This document shows positions 56,292 to 64,000 of a stretch of 64,000 nucleotides of DNA, piece after piece. The stretch lies in NCBI GenBank assembly GCA_029256575.1, contig JAQSXR010000006.1, forward strand, positions 10,202-74,201, in the 5' to 3' direction. A program made the position numbers and the translations under genes. This stretch comes from Clostridiales bacterium (GTDB taxonomy: Bacteria; Bacillota; Clostridia; Lachnospirales; JAQSXR01). Within the stretch, counting starts at the first letter, position 1; every line of letters begins with the position of its first letter. The notes under the pieces are model-generated. The model was not told the origin of the DNA. It worked only from the letters and a program-made list of their open reading frames with translations, and did no database searches.

Positions 56292-59200
56292 CCCCAGTTT
56301 TTACTTTATTTACATAATTCCAGAATTCATCTTTACTACTTAATTTACCTATGTTATTAAATTTATTCCCTAATTTTTTGTCGAATTTGCATATTCCTTG
56401 GTAACTACAATAATCGCAGCCTGTTGTTGCTTCGTATTTATACGGAGTTATACTTGTATCCCCTTCTGCGATTTTATTGCCTATTTCTTTAATTTTATTT
56501 TGTATAAATCCCTCTAATTGATCAAATTGATATTCAGATGCAACCGACGCTCGGCTAGAAGGTAGTCCATCTTTTTTGAACTCTACAGGAAGTACAGAAG
56601 ATTTTACCTCCATTTTATTATCCATCTTCTTTATCAAACTTAATTCATTGATAACTAATCCATTCATTTTGAGTTTCTCTAATATCTTCTCCTCAATTTG
56701 CTCCTTGGAATCTTGAGAATTTTCATCCTTATCTACGATTGGGTCTAGAATGTTATAGTATAGTGCTGCTGCCGGCTTTACCTTTTTGGTTGTTTGCTCT
56801 TTTACAAGTTCAACTGCTGCGTACATATAGACAAATAGTTGTAGTTGTAATCCACTAAGAACTTTTTCTAATGTTAACTTTGTAGACCCACTCTTATAAT
56901 CAATTACTTTAATATACACATCTTGTTCTGTTTCATAGGAATCTACCCTATCAATTTTACCGACTAATTCTAAGGAAGTATCGTTGTTTAACTTTAGATT
57001 CAAAGTCTTAAGTTTATTGCTTAAGCTATCAAATTTTATTTCATATCCAAGAGGCGTAAATTCACCAACATTCAAATGACTTTGCAGTGCCCATACTGTC
57101 CTTTTCGCAATACGTTGCAGTCTCGAAATCATATATTTGTTCCTACAACTTGTCGTTAATACGTTATTGTCGTAAATCTCCGCTACTTCAAGAACAATAT
57201 TGTCTACGATTTCATCACGTTTCAAATCATCTACATCGTTCCACGTAAGTCCAAGCGAATTTAATCGTATTGCAAATTTTTCTATCGACTCATGAAGTAT
57301 ATTTCCAATGTCAGGCATTGACACTTCATATTCCTTACGTTCTTTTAAATCAATACCATACGTCATTAGGAAGGAATACGGACATGTTGAGAAATTCTCA
57401 AGTTTGGAAACACTACTAATTATTGTATCACTATATAATTTTTTAATTATTTCTTTTGAAATATAAGTTTGTTCATTTTTATAAAACGCAGCATCAAGTA
57501 ATTTTTCTATATTTACACTCCATTGTTCATTGCTTATATACCAAGTGAAAAGTTCTCTAAATAAATCATTCACACTTTCGTTCCTTATTCGGTTTAAATT
57601 AGAAACAATATACTGAATTGAATTCTTAGCTGTTATTACTTTATCAATAGTAAAGACTTCTGTATCTACATACTGTACTTCTAACTTATCAAACAATTTC
57701 AAAATTCTACCAACGAGGTAGGATGCCCTCATTGTCTTACCATTCATATCCACTCTGCACATACTTATGTATAATTTTTCAGATGGTTTTGTTAAGTTAA
57801 GATATAAATAAAACTGCTCAATAAATAATTTCCTCTTTTGATTCGGAGCAAGTTCAAAATTATCTAATTCTAAAGCTTCTCTTTCATTATCATTGATTAT
57901 ACTTTTCCCTGTAGACGCTTTTGGTATTAATCCGTCATTTACACCGATAAAGAATAAAATCTTATTATCTTTTAGTCTTGTTCTTTCAACATCACCCACT
58001 ACTACTTGATCAATTGATGGAGGAACAAGACCAACCTTTGCTTCCATAAGACCTGCTTCGATTATTTGGAGTAAGTCCTTCGCAGATGCTTTTTCATCAC
58101 CAATAACATCATACATTTTATCAAATAACTCTATCACAATTTTGTTTATTTGTTTATATTCTCTATAAAGAAGCTTTTCTCCAGCTACATTAAATTCTTC
58201 ACTTAAGTCTTCTAACTTTTTCTCTACATCCAGGCATACTAAAAAATCGTAAATACCCTCAATTTTTACGCTAATATTATTATCCTTATTATTAACAACC
58301 TCATAAACATCCTTAAGAAGTTCATATATTTTAATTCTTGTTTTATTTATATCTTCAAGGTGTATCGATTTGGAAGTACCCCTAGGTGTTCTATCCCACG
58401 TCTTACTCCATCTTGATTTCCCTCGTATTCCAAGAGCTAAAATATAGTTCTCTAACTTATCTATTTCATCTACTGTAATTGTAATTTCTTCATCTGCATC
58501 CGCAAGACTTACTTTTTTCATATAGGAGTTACATAAGCCCGTCCTTAGGAAATGCATAACACTATCATAACTAAAATCTTTATCTATTATCTCAAGGGTG
58601 GAACGAACTAATTCAGAAAGTGGATTATCTAACATACTCTTTTTATTGTCGATAAAGAATGGTATGTTATATAAATTGAATGTCCGTTCAATATTATGTG
58701 TATAGTCTTCTACGCTTCCAGAAACAACTGCTATATCTTTATAACGATATCCGTTATTTTTAACTAGATTTGATATCTTGATGGCGATCTCTTCGACTTC
58801 ATTTACAGGGTTCTTATAACTTGCAATCGTGATATTATTTACTTCACCTGTATATGTTTTATAAGGAAACCGAAAAAGATTCTTTTCAATATGAAGAAGT
58901 TCTTCGTTACCTTCATGTCTTTTTGTTGTCCCATTCCCCAACACAATTTGCTCAACCTTATCTATGCCTTTAGAAGCTGCTATTTCCTTTAATTTCAAGA
59001 TTGTCTTTTTACTAAGATTAAATAATTCGTGCTCATCTTTGATTGGTCTATCTACTTCTCTTTCATCTAGAGTAATAGGTATAATAATCTTCTTCGCATA
59101 ATCCATTAACTTTTCAATTAATCGATATTGAACGGGTGTAAACCCTGTAAATCCATCTAGACATATTGTAGTATTTCTAATAATATTAGATTGTTCTATA

Positions 59201-59760
59201 GCATTCGATAACAAAGTTAATACTTCCTCTGCTACAATTATCTTATCTTCTTTCATATAATCTTGAAATGCTTTGTAGATTATAGATATATCTTCCAACT
59301 TCAGACCTAATTGTCTGTTTTTATGCCTATTTGCAACTTCTATTAAATCCTTTTGTTCTATTCCATATTGGTATAGTTCTGAAATAATCGATTTTATTTC
59401 GTCAATAACCCCTGGTTTATTTACATTTCTTCCAATAAGATGAAGTTTATCCTTATTCGTTTGTAAAAGTTTACGTAGAATTAATGTCTTCCCAAGGTCA
59501 TCAATCACTGGTCTATTATATCCTGGTACCTCTTCAAAGATTCGATGTGCTAATCGGTTAAAACTTAAAACATCTATATTTAATATCCCTTTATTCTCAC
59601 TACTTGAAACCATTTCCAACTGTGTTTGAAGTGTAAACTGCTCTGGAACTATCATTAAATAATTATCATCTATATTCTCTCTTGCTTCCCTTATCATTTC
59701 TTTCGTACAGTAATAGCTCTTTCCTGCACCAGAACTTCCAAGTACCAATTGTAAAACCAT
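56272..59760 (-). CDS. addB: ATP-dependent helicase/nuclease subunit B
   Basis: 1162 aa. N-terminal GSSGAGKS. C-terminal nuclease with Fe-S cysteines (CPYSF ... CDYCSYQGIC). 20-nt overlap with addA. Confidence 0.9.
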   Translation of the reverse strand: MVLQLVLGSSGAGKSYYCTKEMIREARENIDDNYLMIVPEQFTLQTQLEMVSSSENKGILNIDVLSFNRLAHRIFEEVPGYNRPVIDDLGKTLILRKLLQTNKDKLHLIGRNVNKPGVIDEIKSIISELYQYGIEQKDLIEVANRHKNRQLGLKLEDISIIYKAFQDYMKEDKIIVAEEVLTLLSNAIEQSNIIRNTTICLDGFTGFTPVQYRLIEKLMDYAKKIIIPITLDEREVDRPIKDEHELFNLSKKTILKLKEIAASKGIDKVEQIVLGNGTTKRHEGNEELLHIEKNLFRFPYKTYTGEVNNITIASYKNPVNEVEEIAIKISNLVKNNGYRYKDIAVVSGSVEDYTHNIERTFNLYNIPFFIDNKKSMLDNPLSELVRSTLEIIDKDFSYDSVMHFLRTGLCNSYMKKVSLADADEEITITVDEIDKLENYILALGIRGKSRWSKTWDRTPRGTSKSIHLEDINKTRIKIYELLKDVYEVVNNKDNNISVKIEGIYDFLVCLDVEKKLEDLSEEFNVAGEKLLYREYKQINKIVIELFDKMYDVIGDEKASAKDLLQIIEAGLMEAKVGLVPPSIDQVVVGDVERTRLKDNKILFFIGVNDGLIPKASTGKSIINDNEREALELDNFELAPNQKRKLFIEQFYLYLNLTKPSEKLYISMCRVDMNGKTMRASYLVGRILKLFDKLEVQYVDTEVFTIDKVITAKNSIQYIVSNLNRIRNESVNDLFRELFTWYISNEQWSVNIEKLLDAAFYKNEQTYISKEIIKKLYSDTIISSVSKLENFSTCPYSFLMTYGIDLKERKEYEVSMPDIGNILHESIEKFAIRLNSLGLTWNDVDDLKRDEIVDNIVLEVAEIYDNNVLTTSCRNKYMISRLQRIAKRTVWALQSHLNVGEFTPLGYEIKFDSLSNKLKTLNLKLNNDTSLELVGKIDRVDSYETEQDVYIKVIDYKSGSTKLTLEKVLSGLQLQLFVYMYAAVELVKEQTTKKVKPAAALYYNILDPIVDKDENSQDSKEQIEEKILEKLKMNGLVINELSLIKKMDNKMEVKSSVLPVEFKKDGLPSSRASVASEYQFDQLEGFIQNKIKEIGNKIAEGDTSITPYKYEATTGCDYCSYQGICKFDKKLGNKFNNIGKLSSKDEFWNYVNKVKTGGEAHVD

Positions 59761-59841
59761 CCAATCCCCTCCAACCTACTTTTCTATATTATATCATTTT
59801 ACTTCAATTTACTAAAGTATTATATATTGCTTCAAACGTAA

Positions 59842-59885
59842 CAAAAAACACCATAACTTTTGTATATTACCAAAAATTATAGTGT
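59842..59885 (-). terminator. Rho-independent terminator after lsrF
   Basis: Minus strand: ACACTATAATTTTTG-(loop)-CAAAAGTTATGGTGT followed by T6. Confidence 0.6.
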
Positions 59886-59962
59886 CTTTGTGCGATCCAA
59901 CACCGGGGGGATGTTGATCCAAGTAGGGTATATTCTAATTACTGGGAGTAATAATTAGCTAT

Positions 59963-60850
59963 CTATTTGTTAATTTCATTAAGGAAGAACTCATATGCAA
60001 GTTTATCAGTTGCATTTTCATGAACTACCATTCTCACTGCCTTAACCATAGCTTGAGCGTTAATACTTTGGAAGATATTTCTTCCCATATCAACACCAGC
60101 TGCTCCACCTTGTATTGCTTTGTAGCATAATGTTAATGCTTCTGCCTCAGGTAATTTCTTGCCACCGGCAACTACTATTGGAACTGGACAAGCTGAAGTA
60201 ATTTCTTCAAAGTCATCACAGTAATATGTCTTAACTATTTGAGCTCCAAGTTCTGGTAACATACGAGTAGCAAGTTTGAAGAAACGTGAAGTACGTTCCA
60301 TGTCTTTCCCTACTGCAACTACGCCCATTGTTGGAATTCCGTATCTTATGCCTGCATCAACTGTTTTACATAAATTATTTAAGCTTGATGTTTCACCATC
60401 AGCTCCGATAAATGTTTGAACTGCCATACAAGAAGCATTCATACGGATAGCATCTTCGATATTAACAGCAATTACTTCATGGCTTAAATCATCTCCGATA
60501 CTAACCATTGATGAACCCGCACTAACACGTAATGCAATACCTTTGTTATGGTTTGGATTAATACAAGTACGGAAAGCACCACGTGTTCCCATAAGTACAT
60601 CTACATCATCCATTAGTGGTGGAATTACAACATCTAATCTTTCTAGACCAGCTGTTGATCCCATAAAATAACCATGATCGAAAGCTAACATTACAGTATG
60701 TCCGCTTTCTGGTTGGAATATTTTTGAAAGACGAGTCTTCATACCCCAATCTGCATCTGCCATACCTTTTACGTGAAAGCCACCTTGTCTTGCAAAAGGT
60801 GTATCAATTCTATAATCTTTTGCTACTTTTAATCCGTCTAAATCTGCCAT
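59963..60850 (-). CDS. lsrF: 3-hydroxy-5-phosphonooxypentane-2,4-dione thiolase (LsrF, DhnA-type aldolase fold)
   Basis: 295 aa. Collinear with E. coli LsrF as recalled (MADLD...VMLAFDHGYF.G...GLER ... KTYY ... PVPIV.AGGKKLPE.EAL ... GVDMGRNIFQS). Confidence 0.85.
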   Translation of the reverse strand: MADLDGLKVAKDYRIDTPFARQGGFHVKGMADADWGMKTRLSKIFQPESGHTVMLAFDHGYFMGSTAGLERLDVVIPPLMDDVDVLMGTRGAFRTCINPNHNKGIALRVSAGSSMVSIGDDLSHEVIAVNIEDAIRMNASCMAVQTFIGADGETSSLNNLCKTVDAGIRYGIPTMGVVAVGKDMERTSRFFKLATRMLPELGAQIVKTYYCDDFEEITSACPVPIVVAGGKKLPEAEALTLCYKAIQGGAAGVDMGRNIFQSINAQAMVKAVRMVVHENATDKLAYEFFLNEINK

Positions 60851-60933
60851 TATAAAAATCCTCCTTGTTAATACTAATGGTGTAGCTGTGATTATTTAAC
60901 CACAGCTACATCAATTCTATAGTTTAATAATTC

Positions 60934-62037
60934 TTAGAAATCAAAGTTATCAGTGTTGTTGATATCGAATACAGTACGTTCTGGCATTAATACAATACCT
61001 GAATCATCTGCTGTATAAGCGTCTGGGTTAAGAACTGTATTTGGAAGAACTTCAACTGTTCCAACTCCAGGAATTTCAATTTTGTCGCCTACTTTAAATG
61101 TATTTCCAGCAGCTAACCAATAAGCTAAGTAAGTTCCCATAGCTCCTTGTACTTTACAATCCCATAAACCATGTTTTACTACTGTTCCGTCTTTAACGAA
61201 ATCTCTCATTGAGTTAGGTGTTGCAAATCCAGTAATAATAACTTCTCCTGCTACTCCTAAGTTCTTAGCTGCTTGTGCTTGACCTGGAAGAGCTGTTGAG
61301 TCTGGACAAAGAATTGCATCAATGTCAGGGTAAGCTGAAAGTATTGATTCACCAACTGTTATAGCTTTTTCAGCATCTTGTTCACTATAATAAGGTTCTG
61401 CTACTGCAGTCCATCCTGGATAAGTTTTTGCAATATAAGCTTTTGCTGCTACTACCCAAGAATTTTGGTCTGTAACTGTTGATGATGAATAGTGGAATAC
61501 AAATGTAGCATCTTTCACTTGTTCTGGTGTCATTTGGCTAGCTGCCATTTCTACTAACATTTCTCCAAGTTGATCAGGAGTTCCTTGTGCTACGTGTAAT
61601 GAACGGTATTCATTTGTTACATCTGAATCCCAAGTAACTATTTTAACGCCTGCATCTGCAGCATTCTTTAAAGATTGATTTAAGCCTTCAAGTGATGTTG
61701 ATGATATACAAATTGCATCTGCACCTTGGTTTACGGCACTGTTTATAATTTGAACTTGGTTCGCAACTGATGCTACTGAGTTTCCATCATATTTAGCTGA
61801 AAAACCAACTTGTTTTGCCATGTCTTGAGCACCAACATTAGCTGATTCAAAAAATGAATTACCTGTTAATTTTGGAACAAATACTACATTAATATCTTTT
61901 GCATCTTTTACACCAGCTGAACCATTAGCTGCTTCTGTAGATGTGTTTGATGATTTGTCTTTGTCCTCTGATTTACAACCTGTAAATGAAGCCACAACAA
62001 GAATTAAAGCTAGTAATAATGATAATGTTTTACGCAT
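60934..62037 (-). CDS. lsrB: AI-2 ABC transporter substrate-binding lipoprotein (LsrB-like)
   Basis: 367 aa. FTGC lipobox. The TWDSD....YRS..V.QGTP.QLGEMLVEMAA and YSSSTVTDQNSWV segments match E. coli LsrB as recalled. C-terminus ends DNFDF. Confidence 0.8.
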   Translation of the reverse strand: MRKTLSLLLALILVVASFTGCKSEDKDKSSNTSTEAANGSAGVKDAKDINVVFVPKLTGNSFFESANVGAQDMAKQVGFSAKYDGNSVASVANQVQIINSAVNQGADAICISSTSLEGLNQSLKNAADAGVKIVTWDSDVTNEYRSLHVAQGTPDQLGEMLVEMAASQMTPEQVKDATFVFHYSSSTVTDQNSWVVAAKAYIAKTYPGWTAVAEPYYSEQDAEKAITVGESILSAYPDIDAILCPDSTALPGQAQAAKNLGVAGEVIITGFATPNSMRDFVKDGTVVKHGLWDCKVQGAMGTYLAYWLAAGNTFKVGDKIEIPGVGTVEVLPNTVLNPDAYTADDSGIVLMPERTVFDINNTDNFDF

Positions 62038-62106
62038 AGAAAATACCTCCTTAAAAGTTTGGGTTTGTTTTAATTATATATATTATCTTTGATAATATAA
62101 TCAGGG

Positions 62107-63129
62107 TTAGTTAGCTTTTGAGCTAGTTTTTTTATAAGCTTTTAATAATTTCTTAATCTTCATTCCTAGTATCGAGTTACCGGACATACATCTTAATGCA
62201 ACTGCAACTACTAAAAGTAATCCAACCGGGATATCTAGATACTGAGTTGGTACGCCTGCCATCTGCATTCCAAATTTCAATATACCGATTACTAGGGCTG
62301 CTAAAGCAGTTCCGATTACTCCACCTTTTCCACCTGTTGTTAATGTCCCACCTAGAACAACTGCTGTTATAATAGGTAAAGTAAGTTCACTACCAAGATC
62401 AGATCTCGAAGATCCAAGATAACTTGTTAATACAATTCCTGCGATCGAAGCTGATATTCCAGAAAGCATGTAAGTACTCATTATGATTAATTTTGACTTA
62501 ATTCCTGAATACTCTGCTGCACTTTGATTTACTCCAACCAAAAATATATATCTTCCATACTTTGTCTTATGTAATAGGACATAAGCGAATGCTACCAATA
62601 CTAAAAATATGATAAATGGATTTGGAATTCCAAAGGTTCTACCATTTGCAATTTGAATAAATGCATCTGGATATCCACTTATACCTTCAAATGAACTTGA
62701 AACAGATAAATTTGATACTGCTATTGCTAATCCAGAGTAAAGGAACATACCCCCAAGGGTTACTACCATCGGTTGAACTCCAGTGTAAGCAATTAAGAAA
62801 CCACTAAATGCTCCGCAAATACCACCAATCATTATTGCTAATGGAATAGCAAGCCAAATGTTAAATCCTGCATCTTGCCATAAAAGCCCCAGTACGATAG
62901 AAGTTAATCCTACTATTGAACCAGCCTGTATATCTATACCACCTGTAATCATTACAAATGTTACAAATAAAGCAATGATACAAATACTGATATAATCATT
63001 AACACTACCTAACAATACATTCATTCTTAAAAATCTTGGATTAATAGACCCAAATATAAATATTTCTGCTACCAAAATCAATATCAAGAACATTTCCCAT
63101 CGAAAAAATATTTTCTTTAATTTATTCAT
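62107..63129 (-). CDS. lsrD: AI-2/ribose-type ABC transporter permease (LsrD-like)
   Basis: 340 aa polytopic permease of the RbsC/LsrCD family. Position matches the lsrACDBF gene order. Confidence 0.7.
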   Translation of the reverse strand: MNKLKKIFFRWEMFLILILVAEIFIFGSINPRFLRMNVLLGSVNDYISICIIALFVTFVMITGGIDIQAGSIVGLTSIVLGLLWQDAGFNIWLAIPLAIMIGGICGAFSGFLIAYTGVQPMVVTLGGMFLYSGLAIAVSNLSVSSSFEGISGYPDAFIQIANGRTFGIPNPFIIFLVLVAFAYVLLHKTKYGRYIFLVGVNQSAAEYSGIKSKLIIMSTYMLSGISASIAGIVLTSYLGSSRSDLGSELTLPIITAVVLGGTLTTGGKGGVIGTALAALVIGILKFGMQMAGVPTQYLDIPVGLLLVVAVALRCMSGNSILGMKIKKLLKAYKKTSSKAN

Positions 63130-64000
63130 TGTTTTACCTCCTCACTAGTTGATCTAGCTGAAAGTCTGGCTTTACGTGCTTTTTCTTTGGCACGTCGGTG
63201 AAGAAGCGAGTCAGCAACAACGATTGTTATTAACAGAATACCTGTTATTGTTTTATCTAAATCAGATGAAAATTTTAAAAATACAAGAATTCTACTAATT
63301 GATGACATTATTATCGCACCAATTGTTGCACCAATTACGGAACCAACACCACCACTTAAGCTAATACCACCAAGTACACATGCTGCAATTGCTGTCATTT
63401 CATAACCACTACCTGCTGTTGGAGAAACAAATCCAACACGACTTACAAATATAATACCTGCTAATGCTGCAAATACCCCAGATAAAACAAATGCTAGTAT
63501 TTGTGTCTTAACTACAGGAATACCGATTAATGTAGCTCCACCTATGTTGTCTCCAACTGCGGCGAAATATCGTCCCTTTTTTGCTTTTGATAAGTACAAG
63601 AAAATCAAAACTACTAATATTAATGTAACAAGCAAAAACAAGTTTATAAATCCAAATATATTTGCTTGTGAATACTCTTTAAAGAAATCCGGTAGATTTT
63701 CTACCCATTTACCGTCTGTATAGATATAAATTAGTCCACGTGTTATACCCATTGTACCGAGAGTCATTATAATAGAAGGAATTTTTAATTTTGCTACTCC
63801 AATTCCATTAATAAATCCAATAACAGCACCGATTAACAATGTTGCAGGTATTGCAATCCACAAACTTACATCATCTCGAACACAAGTTGCTATAAATGCA
63901 GCTGTTAATCCTAGTGTTGATCCGATTGAAACGTCAACATCACTTGTTACTATTACAAATGATATCCCTACTGCTAATAGTATGTACATAACGCTTCCAT
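63126..64000 (-). CDS. lsrC: AI-2/ribose-type ABC transporter permease (LsrC-like), partial: 5' end beyond the window
   Basis: The frame stays open to the window edge. ATGA overlap with lsrD. RbsC/LsrC-family hydrophobic profile. Confidence 0.7.
   Translation of the reverse strand, partial: GSVMYILLAVGISFVIVTSDVDVSIGSTLGLTAAFIATCVRDDVSLWIAIPATLLIGAVIGFINGIGVAKLKIPSIIMTLGTMGITRGLIYIYTDGKWVENLPDFFKEYSQANIFGFINLFLLVTLILVVLIFLYLSKAKKGRYFAAVGDNIGGATLIGIPVVKTQILAFVLSGVFAALAGIIFVSRVGFVSPTAGSGYEMTAIAACVLGGISLSGGVGSVIGATIGAIIMSSISRILVFLKFSSDLDKTITGILLITIVVADSLLHRRAKEKARKARLSARSTSEEVKQ

Overview
Low-GC, Clostridia-like Firmicutes chromosome segment, with most genes on the minus strand. Core content: a pyrimidine operon (DUF2442-pyrB-pyrC-pyrF-pyrK-pyrD-pyrE, 1.3-7.2 kb); tRNA-Gly(GCC); a tRNA-Pro/Arg/Leu cluster; infC-rpmI-rplT with an L20-type leader; thrS with a T-box leader; hslO; two tandem type I pullulanases; addB-addA; and an lsrCDBF-type AI-2 uptake operon running off the right edge. 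Accessory content: (i) a 7.5-17.1 kb block of small co-oriented genes (GNATs, VOC, nucleotidyltransferase, P-loop kinase, lipoprotein). At least three of these carry in-frame stops or frameshifts, and the block ends at tRNA-Gly with two extra direct copies of the tRNA 3' end, which looks like decayed tandem integrative elements. (ii) A type II R-M pair plus an uncharacterised 420-aa protein sitting between thrS and infC. (iii) A PfkB kinase / TrmB regulator / divergent GH13-like enzyme trio. (iv) An SPFH / zinc-ribbon / TM2 membrane operon with a PYQGQ repeat protein. The signals that annotated genes do not explain are: a 250-bp GC-enriched rod-like imperfect palindrome at 46.86-47.11 kb, embedded in nested direct and inverted boxes and a 13-bp tandem array; about ten intergenic tandem-repeat arrays (units of 3, 5, 7, 11, 13, 27, about 27 and about 38 bp) that are purine-rich on the local sense strand; and a tRNA-Leu with an A34 (AAG) anticodon. 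All functional calls come from reading the translated ORFs and the nucleotide sequence by eye. No database search was run.
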